Shown: in pieces, positions 11,469 to 48,086 of the stretch
Layout: each line of letters starts with the position of its first letter
How positions within the stretch are numbered: position 1 is the stretch's first letter
Source of the DNA: Antedon mediterranea
Taxonomy: Eukaryota > Animalia > Echinodermata
Length of the DNA: 64,000 bases
Assembly: GCF_964355755.1 (NCBI RefSeq)
Contig: NC_092673.1
Span: 2,356,001 to 2,420,000, forward strand
Direction of reading: 5' to 3'
Program-made: the position numbers and the translations under genes
The notes under the pieces: generated by a model
Told to the model about the DNA's origin: nothing
The model's database searches: none
The model's input: the letters and a program-made list of their open reading frames with translations, nothing else

Positions 11469-13412
11469 TTAAGTACTTTCAACTTTTTTGAGGTTTAAAG
11501 CCCAGAATATAAACCAATTTGGAAATACCACCAGAGCTGCTAGACCTAAATTCCAGCCACTATGAAGATAACTGTCAGTAACAACAGCAAACAGACCCTC
11601 TTGCCAAAGGCTGGTAGCAGAGACTAGCAACTGCCCTATGCTTGTAAAGTTATCAACTAAAAGACAATATCCAACAAGCCCAAAATACACTAAAAAGGGA
11701 GGGCAGACACAGAGCAACAAAACTGCTTGCAAAAGAGAAAATATTCTTCTTTTTCGTGGTCTAATTAAAACATACACTGGTGTAATAACAACAGAAAGAA
11801 AATAGCCTAATGCAAAATTTGTTAAGGATATTGTCGAGATGGTTATTGCATGCCAAATAAGCCCAAAACATTTTAACAACTGCCATTCACACTTTCTACT
11901 TTGGCCTTGCACGATCCTATGCCAGCTGCGGCCACTAAGGATCGGGAGAAAAGCTGAGCCAGTATAAAATGCAACCACACCAAGCGGAACTGCATCTATA
12001 GGGCTAAGACCAAACAAACTACTGTATTTACTGACAAATAGCACAGGACTATAATGCAATAACATTCCTGTGATGTATGCACCAATAATGATCGGTACGA
12101 TAGAACTAAAGGGCCTAGATTTTCTAATATATAGTTTGCTTTCTTTGGAATCTTCTTCTTGCTTGCTTTCTTCATCTAAAGAGTCTCCACATGCAATCCA
12201 CATAGCTAGACCATGTAGTATGGAAGGAACAATAACCAGTCCAAACGGTGGCATGTAAAGTCCAATTGATATGTATCTATGCGTTCCCGCAAGAAAGTAG
12301 AAAAAGAAGGACTGGTGAAATCTTTCAAGAAGATTATTCAGACTGCGAAATATTCCTTCTAAAACTCTTCCCATTGCTCGGAAGTTCCGACCAGACTTTA
12401 CTGGAGACATCTTGGTGTGAAGAGTAACAGCTTCTACGCGGTATTTGAGAAAGAGGCCATGAAGACCGCGTGGCCTGCCTGTAGCTTGGTAAGCTAGATT
12501 TTTAATCATAGTGTCTAAATTATCTTTGAATCCTTCCAATTGATTCTGTCTACTATATTTGGCATCATGGTTGCCTTGAAAGGTAACTGGGATGCCTTCA
12601 CGTCCACAGAGATTCACTACCAAGTTAAACAGGTCAAGATTTGGTAACTGTCCATTCATTCCTTCAATCCGGATATCCAGAGAGTCTATGAATTCTGATC
12701 CATGCTCTAGGTTAATCGCTCCCATAACTGGGCCACTGCGACCAAACATTGGCGATGATTGAATGTACTCTGACGGCAGACTATAGTAAGATGTCAGCCA
12801 GGCTTCCATACCGATGTACTCTTGATCAACGACAACAAATATAACATCTTTAGACCAGTAGGTATACTCTCTGAAAAACTTTGCCAACCCAAGCATCATG
12901 GCTATACCGTGATTAGTGCCGCCGTATTTATGCTCAGCAACCCTGCCGCGGTACGGCACAGTCACAACAACCGCTTCGGTACTCGCTATGCGTGGAGCTC
13001 TTAAAATTCCATACACATTTGTTCCTTCAACAATTTTTATATTACGTCTATTTTTTCCGTATCGTTCAAGGAATGGATGATTTGATGTGAAATTCTGATG
13101 ATAAACCTCAAGCCCAATTTCAGAAAACTTTTCAGACAGCCAATCAACAGGAAGCAAATCCTGTTTTTTAACAAGTTCAAGAAGTTCATTTGTATAACTT
13201 TTTACATTTTTGTCAGTCAAAAATTCTCGTTCCACTAATCCAGGTAGAAGAGCATTCTCCGAGAAATAAGTTCGAGCGTTGAGTGACGGGTTGGCCAACG
13301 CCAAGAAGTATGCGATTCCGATTACGTAACAAGCAACGCTCAGCTTCCGGTGGTATTTGTTGATGATGTCTGCAAGCTTGGCATGCGTTTTTGTGTTACT
13401 CATTAATCCCAT
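11469..13412 (-). CDS. GPAA1: GPI transamidase subunit GPAA1 (Gaa1), single-exon ORF, 647 aa
   Basis: Starts MGLMS (ATG 13412). Motifs TYFSENALLPGLV, NVYGILRAPR, YWSKDVIF, EGMNGQLPNLDL, RSLNNLLERFHQSFFFY, YISIGLY and a multi-TM C-terminus. Confidence 0.95.
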   Translation of the reverse strand: MGLMSNTKTHAKLADIINKYHRKLSVACYVIGIAYFLALANPSLNARTYFSENALLPGLVEREFLTDKNVKSYTNELLELVKKQDLLPVDWLSEKFSEIGLEVYHQNFTSNHPFLERYGKNRRNIKIVEGTNVYGILRAPRIASTEAVVVTVPYRGRVAEHKYGGTNHGIAMMLGLAKFFREYTYWSKDVIFVVVDQEYIGMEAWLTSYYSLPSEYIQSSPMFGRSGPVMGAINLEHGSEFIDSLDIRIEGMNGQLPNLDLFNLVVNLCGREGIPVTFQGNHDAKYSRQNQLEGFKDNLDTMIKNLAYQATGRPRGLHGLFLKYRVEAVTLHTKMSPVKSGRNFRAMGRVLEGIFRSLNNLLERFHQSFFFYFLAGTHRYISIGLYMPPFGLVIVPSILHGLAMWIACGDSLDEESKQEEDSKESKLYIRKSRPFSSIVPIIIGAYITGMLLHYSPVLFVSKYSSLFGLSPIDAVPLGVVAFYTGSAFLPILSGRSWHRIVQGQSRKCEWQLLKCFGLIWHAITISTISLTNFALGYFLSVVITPVYVLIRPRKRRIFSLLQAVLLLCVCPPFLVYFGLVGYCLLVDNFTSIGQLLVSATSLWQEGLFAVVTDSYLHSGWNLGLAALVVFPNWFIFWALNLKKVEST

Positions 13413-13899
13413 CGTGTAGAAATCGAAGACTAGAGTCAATAAGAAATACTAAGCACGTCGTCTGCAAACATCAAAAGAAAGAATACTTTCAAAATAATCA
13501 AACTAAACTATAAAAACCGATTAACCTACAACAGGCAATCAATCATAAAGGCCACACAAATTTCAAATTAACACAACAGTTGACTACAATCTTTGTTAAC
13601 CATATTCTCACTGTTCTTCGCTTTCATTCAAAAGAGTGACAATCAAGATAAACTACAGTAACACTACACAATCAAAATGACATTCATTTATATAATTTAC
13701 TGTTACTGACTGTACAGAACACACATTTGAATTATCAGAAAATACATGGAGATGAATAGGACACACAGCACACAATTCATAGAGAGACTGACTGTTTTGT
13801 GACATAAACACAACATCAAGCCATGGAGGTAAAAATATTTTTTTTATAATTTATTTTTATACCTCCATGATCAAGCCATAGCCTCATCACACTATACCA

Positions 13900-14720
13900 T
13901 CCAGCTCATTCATCTTAACCGGTATTTACTTTTATATGAATGGAGTAAAACTATACAGTACTATTATTATTAACAAAAGCATTTTATTAACCAACCAATC
14001 AGAACTGTGTTACTGTTGACATCGTTCCTCTATTCGTAATTATTGAACATGGAATATGCAAAATTCTTGAACAGTGAGCGAGAAACATTAAATAAATGTC
14101 TGTAAAATTATCAATTTATTCTCCTTCATAAAAGTAGTCGAAATACAAGACAGGTGCGAAACGGAACTAGCCCCCACCTTTCTTTAGTAGTACTACCCGC
14201 CGAACCTGTGGCACAAACTGGGGCCTACTACTAGGCCTAGCACTTTACTAAGAAAGTCTACCTAGGCTAGGGCCTAGCCTTGATGGCCTAGCTAGCTAGG
14301 TAGGTAGGTAGCCTAGCCTAGTTAGTAGCCTATCCAGCTGGCTAGTAAAACTAAATATCTATATAATTTACACTAGATATTTCGCATTATTATATTATAA
14401 TTAATTGCACGAACATAGAACTAGGCCTAAATGTGAAGAAAAGTAATAAATAATAGTAAAAAGCAAACATACTTCCACCTCTAGTGACCTCGCCACCAAA
14501 AGAACCTAAAATCAACCAAAAACATGTGGAATGTCGCCCTCTAGTGGTAAATATAAGAAGAAGAAAGAAAAAAGTAAACAAGGCCATGATGCAAAGATCT
14601 CTCCTCTTGCCTTGCTAGCTCTGCGCACGTACATCTATCATCTTACGCATGGCCTGGATGGAGGTTTGTTTTGGTTTATTCTATAAAAATGTGTTGACAT
14701 TCATAAAGTAACTACAGTAG
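13900..14720. promoter_or_regulatory. Divergent promoter region between GPAA1/PUS1 and the FGFR-like gene
   Basis: AACCAATCAG near 13994; CTCF-like motifs at 14474-14488 and 14534-14548; strong + strand donor TAG|GTAAGT at 14721, read as a non-coding first exon. Confidence 0.5.
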
Positions 14721-16811
14721 GTAAGTTGTATTTATGCTTTTGTTTTTAAATTTGTATTTATTGATATTGATTTACAGTACCCTAGATTTTTTCGGATGTT
14801 TTTTTTGTGGCAATGTCTTCTTGACATCCCAGATGCCTTTTTGATTGATGGATGCTGCATGACCTATCCGGGTCTATGCTTGATCTTGTATAACTTGGGC
14901 CTAGTTCCTGTCCTGTCCATCCAGTCAATGCTGTTTATATCCCCATTCCCATTTTCCTGAAGTATACTACTAATATTAATAATCATTATGTGTTATGTGG
15001 TCGTAACTTGATTACAATTATGAATTGTGCATAGGGCCTACCTTGTCATGCAAAGTGAAAAATAATAATTAAAAAAAAATACTTTTCTACCACAAATTAT
15101 AGGGCCTAGGCCTATCTACTAGTGTAGTAGGCTATAGGTAGGCATGCTTATGTTTAATTTATTTACTACTATCATTGGGAAAAATATATCAATTCAAATG
15201 AATATTTTTTTTTTTTAATTATTGATATATTATATTATGTTTATTTCAGTTAACCCGCAAATTAAGGGGTCATTAACCTAGTTCGAAGAATTATATTAAA
15301 TTATATTAATTTTTGTAACCCAGTTCAGAGAGACCATGTGAAGATCCAGAATAAGTCATTCAACCCTGTGGGCTGCCAATCAAGGAAAAACTCTGATTTG
15401 ATTGGCTTACAATGACATCATACCACAAAATAGCTTTTTAGTCAATTGATCCTAAACAAATATGCTCAAAATTATATTTAAAATAAGAAATAATTGATAT
15501 ATTGTATGCTTTTTCATTTGAATAATAAAGACCTGATACATTACTAGCGAGAAAAAAAAAGTTTTTTGCATAAAGTATCTTGCATAATTTCTAAATGCAC
15601 AATGTTGCGCAATGTTAAAAAACAAAGGCAAAAGATCGCATATTGAATATTAGCTTTCTGACTGCTATGCCAATGTGGAACTGATTACATGGTCAGGTAC
15701 CGATCCAGGGGCGTGCGCTATATATAGAGGCATACCTTCTCCCTATATACTAGAGACACACACTTCTCCCACATTTGACCATCAAAATTAAATTATGAAC
15801 TCACTTTTTGATATTTATTTTTGATAGACTATTTATATTTTAATGTTAGCGCTCCCCTTGCACCTGCTCCTAAAGGTGCACCTGCTCCTGAAGGTACCCC
15901 TTCCTTGCTGTGATAACTTACAGTTAGCTTCTAGGTTACTTGAGTTCTTTGACATGCACTATATGCACACAGGATCAATGGCTTTACATCCTATCTGAAG
16001 GATGAGGCAATGATGCTAGTTTTATATTTTATCATTATGCCATATCGTTTTGTGAAAAGTTTTTACAGCACCAAATATGCCAGGATCAGGGGCCAAATCA
16101 AGGGGGTTCCCCTCTAACTTTCACAAATTGTAAAAGATATCAAATATATAAGTTCAGCACTTCATGTCACTACTTTAGGCCATGGGCCTCTATTTTCAAA
16201 ATCCTGGATCCGCCACTTTGGATGGCAATTCCCACCCAAGTTGTCTACAAGAGCTAGTCTTTCAATGTAATATCTGAAAATAACATGTTTCTTTATTTAA
16301 AAGGTGATTTTTTATGATTAATAAAAGTCATTGAAGCGAAAATTTCTTAATAAGCCATACAATGTTAATAGCCTTGTATCTGGTAAGCTGTAATGTCAAC
16401 AAATGTATATAGGACACTGCCTTCCTGATGGCATTGTTTATTATTGTGGTAATTGCTTTTTACTTTTTCGCAGAATAGTTTAGAAAATATTGTGATTTAA
16501 GATTCTTCAAAATTCAAATGCAAATAGAATGACACCATCATCTAGAACAGAGTTCAACATTTTCTTTTATGGGCAATAATAATATAAACATTGGACACAA
16601 CAAACAAACAAACAAACAAACAAACAAACAGATTGTGCAGTATCTCCAAATAAGTACCCACTTAATACAACTATCTCGCAAATAAATATGTCAGTGTTGG
16701 ATCCTGGATTTTGAAGCCCAAACATTTTGTAATGTCAAGGTGCTTTTTACTATCTTCATTTATTTTATATTTTTATTTTAAATATGGGATGGAGGTTGTT
16801 CTCCTTCCTAA

Positions 16812-16991
16812 AGCGTGGTTCCCACTAGCGACGCAACACAAGGACGTAACGCAACGCAAGTGAATTGACCAATCACAAGCGATGGCTTATTCGCTTGTGA
16901 TTGCTAACTGTCTATAACTTCGCTTGTCATTGGTTATAAACGCTTGCGTTGCGTTTACGTCCTTGCGTTACATTCTAGTGGGAACCAAGCT
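16812..16991. mobile_element. MITE family D (PIF/Harbinger-like)
   Basis: TIR AGCGTGGTTCCCACTAG / CTAGTGGGAACCAAGCT, TAA-flanked. Relatives at 28588-28795 and 63554-63741. Confidence 0.75.
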
Positions 16992-17945
16992 TAAATGTTG
17001 TGCATGCGTATTACATAAGAATGTGATATTATTACTGCCTCTAAATTTGTGGTCTAACCGTCGGGACACTCCCTGAAAACAAAAGATCCCACGTTTGGAT
17101 AGTCCTAAAACATTTTTTTTCATAATTTTATTGATTGAATTATATAATAATAAGATGTGATTACACAATTGATTTTGTGGCATTTTGGGATTTCATAGTT
17201 AATGAAGAATACGTGTTCAGCTTAAGTGAGCTGAGTCATACATACAATTTCCCACACTGTTTTTGTCCAGTGCATCAAGTGTAACAGGATATAATGTTGG
17301 TAATACTATCATTACCTTTTAACATTTAATTTCATTTTAAGAAATACTTTGACAGTAGGCGTCCAAGCTTTTACATTTACTTTATCCCTGTTACCTGATT
17401 TAATGAATCACCTAAAGTATCCCATTAAAATTATCCTGAACGCTAAGATTTGATTGATCGCCAAGTAAATTCAATGTTTATATTAAATTTCATCTGATTT
17501 CAAATGGCACTGGTTAATTTCAATCGTCACTAGTCATTTTATCAACAGGTTTTTATATACAAATGTATGTAATCAGGAGTTTATACGAACAATGTTAATG
17601 ACTGTACTTTAAATTTTTATTGAACTGCTTAGATCACGTCAAAAACCGATAACAGAATCGTAACTGTAGAATTGCTTCCAGTGTATCGCGCCATATTTCT
17701 TAATCGACTGAAAACAGCATAGTTTATCTTTGTTGATTGTTTTGTATTGATGTTTAATTGAATTATCCAGTAATTAAAAAAAAAATCAGAAGATCTTCCA
17801 TTTAAGTATATTTTCATCGTATTGATTCTTCCTCGAATACTGAACAAAAAATGAGATTGTCACGTATTACGTGCCATTGAATTTATTTCGATGTTTGTTT
17901 TCCAGATTGATCTGAAGTACGTTACAGGATACCGGTCAAGAAGAA

Positions 17946-42788
<24,843 letters not shown>

Positions 42789-42877
42789 CCAGAAACATCT
42801 GAACCTACTAACTTTTACAGAAGATATATGCGACATACAGGAAGACAGGCATGGCTTTTAGTATGTTATTTTCCTTA

Positions 42878-43030
42878 AGCTCTGTTTACACTATCAAACT
42901 AGTTTGACAGAAGAAGTGTGCTGTGCGCAAATATGGTAGTGATATTCCCAAATATAGTATATAGTAAAGGATGACATCATCATCATCCATATATGGGCAC
43001 ATCACATTTTTTTGTCACATAAAGTTTGTT
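42878..43030. mobile_element. MITE family A copy in the FGFR-like 3' UTR (right end truncated)
   Basis: Left TIR and internal sequence. Confidence 0.7.
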
Positions 43031-44377
43031 ACATGGTGATATTTACTGCAGCATTATCGCTTTTCCACACAATACCTTATGGTATACGTCATTCTTCTAC
43101 ATTAAGACAATCTGTTCTCAAAACTTTTTTTTCTGAGCAACTTATGAATATTCAATTTGTTGTTATCTCTATGATTCATTGTTTTCAAATTAACTAGAAT
43201 ATTTTCACGTACAACAACAACATAGAATACCTCAACAAATAAACATTGCCCGACAAACCACAAACATTTTTCAGGATATGTACTGGCATGAATAATTAAC
43301 AAGCAATTGTAGGGTAAATAATTAAACAAATTAATAAGAGGATGTCTCACGTTTAGACTACATATTGATGACAAAGTATGGTGTAAATATACTTAATACT
43401 TACGTTAATTTGTATTTTGTAAGAAAACAAAAAGGCCGCGAGTAGATAAAACTTTATTGAGATTACAAATTATTGCCGGCATATTTAAAAAAAGCTGCTT
43501 ATGATTTTATTATCACATAATTGTACTCCAAATCATAAAAAAAGTGTCAAACTGACTTGAATATTAAATTATTGACAATTTTTCTCAGAAACATAACCAT
43601 AGTTTTCAACATTTATCATCAAAAGTCACCCCCATACTCCCACCACCCTTTTTTTAAACCTTTAATCCAAATTGATGTACATTGTTGAATTTTCAAAAAC
43701 ATCAGTTGCATTAAATTGGTTTATATATGAGAGTTAAATAATGTATTGTTATAGCAGATTTTTATTTACAGATATAAATATTATATATTAATAATATATT
43801 ATTCATTATAGCATTATAACTTGCTTCTTTCTTCACTAATTGTATTTAGATTAAAATTATAAAGTGTTTTTATTAATATATGTTTATAAATGAAAGAAAT
43901 ACTTGGTTAACTCTCGCAATATCTAAAAATCAAGCTAATAACAAAAATAATGATATTATTTTTGTTTTAAAACATTTTTATAATGAATTGTTCTATGGTA
44001 CAGTATATTGAAATTCAACTTGTTGGCTTTAATAGCACAAGATGAATTTTTATATATAACATTTTCTTTTCATGAAGAATTTCAATCAAGAAAACAAAAA
44101 GGTGAAATAGATGATTACACATAATTACAAGCTTCCATGTAAGTTGCTAGGTCTTGGCCATTTCGTGGTTAATTTTGATTAAAAAAAAAAAAGATACCTG
44201 CAATTTAAAAACGTGGAGCTAGCTGGACATTCTAGATTAGTATAGTATTCAAGAAATGTACATTTTTTACTATTTCATTTAAGCACTTTAAGTTCATGTT
44301 TTTGTGATTGAAATTTTATTGTAAAACATAAAAAAATTATAGTCAACTATTACCAAAAAAAAATAGGCTATTTGAAA

Positions 44378-44735
44378 ACCAAGTGTGTCCAGTTTGGGGC
44401 CAGCACAATTGTGTCCAGTTTGGGGCCAGCACAAGTGTGTCTCGTTTGGAGCCAGCACGAGTGTGTCCAGTTTTGGGCTAGCCTAAGGTTGTCTGGTTTG
44501 GATGAGCACAAGGGTGTCCAGTTTGGGCCAGTCCACATGTGTATAATTTTGGGCCAGCCAAGAATTTCTGGTTTTAGTCCAGGATAAGGATATCCAGTTT
44601 TGGCCAGTACAAGGAGTGTCCAGTTAGGGCCAGTCCACATGTGTACAATTTTGGGCCAGTCCAAGGGGGCGTCCAGTTTGGGCCAGCCAAAAGTGTCTAG
44701 TTTTTAGGCCAGTATAAGTGTGTCCAGTTTCTGGT
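44378..44735. repeat. Degenerate ~21-bp tandem repeat (GTGTCCAGTTTGGGCCAG core)
   Basis: Direct reading. Confidence 0.8.
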
Positions 44736-45489
44736 AAGTTGATTGTAACATTACTGTCAATGTATTTTAACAATGTTTTATAGTAAGTCAATAGTATGTT
44801 ATTCACATCCATTCATTTGCACAAATCAACTTTTGTTTATTGTTTGTTTTTCCTTATATTCTGTATACAAATAAATGATGGCCAGTATTCGCAGGACCCA
44901 TTTATAAATAAAGCCCTCTACCTCATATCTACAGAGGCAGGGTTAGTCATACTGTATAGTTTTATCTGTGATAATACAAATATTAATATTACATGTATAC
45001 AGAATATTAATAAATTATAAGTTGAGTTAATTTTGTTATCATAAACTAACAATTATTCTTACTAACAAAGGTTTATGTTAGATAGTTAGATATCCAAGAT
45101 GATCCATATCAACTTTGCTTCTGGGATATAGATATATTGTATTCCCTCCCCTCTCCCTTCCACCCAGCCCAATCAGTACGACCTACCTTTTTATTCTTAA
45201 TTATACGGGTTACGATAGTCTATGTTAATATGTGTTTTATTATATAGAAAATAAATAACTTTTGGAATTTTAATGTTTTGTAGTTCTGTTTGTTTTTGTT
45301 TGTTTTTTACAACATAACAAATATTACATTTTTTGTACAACCTAACAACAAATCATTTTGTCTAAATTGAATTGTTTAATTACTTATTTGTTACTAATAA
45401 TATCAACATACTAATTTTGTAAAGTTCACTTCATTTCTCACAGCCTGTTTTTACATGGTTTTCTCCCCTGTCCAAGACACAAGACTATT

Positions 45490-45995
45490 AGGGAGGTTTC
45501 GCAACCTTACGAATACGATAACGAAAACAGATACGTCACACATTTGTGAAACTTTTGAGCTGATCCCCATTTCATATTCGTAAAGCGTATTTGTGTTGAC
45601 GAATATCACCAGTCATATTCGTAACTACAAAACGAGTATAGTTTTTGATCTATTTTGCACATTTTGCATTTGAATCAGGAATGATTCATGATTATAATAT
45701 AATTATATACTTTTATTGAAAGTAATTTACTAAAGTAATTTACTAAAATGCCAGGTCAATTTTGATAAATAGCAGTTTTTAAAGTCCTCACTCGCTTTGA
45801 TGTTACGCTAGGCCTAGGCAGCCAAGCACCAAGCAACACGTACCTGCTCTTTGCTCAAATTTACCGCAGTCATATTTTGGACGGCACCCTCAATATTACG
45901 TTGCCATGCGAAACAGATTTTTACTGGCTTACGAAAAACGAATACGTGTGCGTGACGTTTTCGATATCGTATTCGTAAGATTGCGAAACCTCCCT
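45490..45995. mobile_element. MITE (~505 bp) with long TIRs
   Basis: AGGGAGGTTTCGCAACCTTACGAATACGAT / ATCGTATTCGTAAGATTGCGAAACCTCCCT. Confidence 0.8.
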
Positions 45996-46771
45996 ATTAT
46001 AGGTGGCAAATTAACAGTATTTCACTGTTTTCGTTCATTTTTCTAAGTTATGTATACTGCTGTTAAAAACATTACATTAATAACAATACACTCTCTTATC
46101 TGGCTGTGAGACATACTATAATTTTATCATCATTTTTATAATTTTAAAAAGTTTATGAACCTTGTATAACATGATTTATTTATTATTCCCTGTTAATTTA
46201 ATAATTTTATTAATATTAATATATTATACAAATTTATAAAGCATGCACGGATAGTGAATGTAAATAAAAAACATGGCTTTCATGATCTTGTGGACTAATT
46301 AAATCGTGTCTGATGATATTAAATGTGCCGCGTTCATAAAATATATATCGGTGCGTAAAAAGACCTGTAAAACATTTGCAATCAATATTATAGTACATGC
46401 GAACGTGTTTATGCAATGCCATATGTCCCGTGTCGTAACCAAGCCCACAGTTCAAGTTGAATGACAATAGAGTTTGTGTTTTTTTTTCTTTTTTAATAAG
46501 CAAAACATCTGATGTTTTAAGCATTTTCAGAGCCTTATATGTTAGAAACTAAGTAGGACGTGGTATGTGGAAATAATTTATAATGGAAAAACCTTTAGAT
46601 TTATCATTCAGGATGCTTTGCAATAACGTTTATTCCCTAACAAACAGATTACAGTAGTTTATAATGATTTTATTCCAAGAATATCAGTTGTTAGGAGGTG
46701 CTAATACTCATGTATATGATGGGTTGAATAACATCTAAAAATGGTGACTAATTCCTGTAGTTTCATTGTAT

Positions 46772-46885
46772 AAGTGGCTGAACAGTGGAACCGTAATCCA
46801 TCGCTTTGTGGCAAGGGTTTGAGGATCACTCACTCCATGGTGTTCTTCTCGGATAATGACTATAAACTTTAGATCCAGTGTACAC
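46772..46885 (+). mobile_element. Degenerate SINE family B 5' part
   Basis: CAGTGGAACCGTAAT..CTCACTCCATGG..GGATAATGACTATAAAC matches family B. Confidence 0.65.
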
Positions 46886-47074
46886 AAAATGCTCATTTAG
46901 AGATTAGGAGGCGGGGAGCGGTGGAATCCTTTTCTATTGTGTAATTGTAGGCTAGTTGGAAGGATCCAATCAGCGGAATGATTTGATTTTTTATTTTTTT
47001 CTAAGCGAGAGAATGGAGTTTACAAATGGAGCCAATATGTAGGTTGATAAGGGAGATTACTATAGAAGATCTTA

Positions 47075-47227
47075 AGCTCTGTCTACACTGTCAAACTAGT
47101 TTGACAAAAAATGTGTGCCCAAATATTGTAATATACCCAAATATGGTAGTGATATGACCTCATCATGTCCATATATGGGTACATCACATTTTGTTGTCAC
47201 ATAAAGTTTGATAGTGTAGACAGAGCA
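47075..47227. mobile_element. MITE family A copy
   Basis: Family A TIRs, TTA on both sides. Confidence 0.8.
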
Positions 47228-47941
47228 TTACATATGTTTTAATTGATCATGCTCCTAAATACATTCAATAGACATTGAATTGAATGTCTTCTTTTCAACA
47301 AATAAATGATGATCATTAAAGAAATTGTACAAAAGGTTATAAAGTGAGTAATTCCCTTAAATTATTAAGAAAATTTTATTTTGTAAATAGATTAAAGAAT
47401 AGAATACATCCTTGGAGGCCTGGGAACATTAAAGGAATGATAACAACATTTATATACAACAAAAAAAACAACTAAGATGTTTTTTAAAATTACATAATAA
47501 CCATGTTTAACTATGCTAAAGTTAAATAGAAAAAAAGATATATATAATTCAAAATGATTAATTATAATATTGGGTTTATACAATATTGAGTTTGACATTT
47601 ATATAAAGAACCGTCTGTTGTAGTCATGGATACAGTTTAAATTGAATGGCATTTTTGACATTTGTTTACTAAATAACATCTTGTAATGTTTAAAACTATT
47701 AGAGTTAGAAGTACCAGATAAAATACGGTATGTTTATGTTGAGTGACAATTTTAAGTAGCATATTGCTCTCTCTGTCCTTAATAGTGTCATGATGTAAAG
47801 GGAACTCTGGAAGACCTCTTCCAAACTTCTGCACTCTGTACATATTGTGAATCAAAGGGACAAATGAATTTTACAATGCAAAATATAGAACATTTTGGTC
47901 ACACTTTATTGTGCAAGCAGTCACTACTCTGTATGCCTTTA

Positions 47942-48086
47942 AGGTCTGTCTACACTATCAAACCTTATGTGACAAAAGAATGTGATGTGCCCATATATGG
48001 GCATGATGATGTCATATCACTACCATATTTTGCCATATCACTACCATATTTGGGCACATCACACTTTTTTTATGGTGTAGACAGCT
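47942..48086. mobile_element. MITE family A copy
   Basis: Family A TIRs. Confidence 0.75.

Noticed and set aside
13413-13439. N-terminal extension of the 656-aa ORF in the track
   Set aside because: It starts at TTG. The conserved GPAA1 start is MGL at ATG 13412.
14225-14345. CTAG/GGCCTAG palindrome cluster
   Set aside because: Low-complexity; similar tracts occur near 1530-1590 and 61755-61790, so it is not locus-specific.
44368-44812. Overlapping ORFs with WTGPN repeats
   Set aside because: Translations of a degenerate tandem repeat; no splice context.
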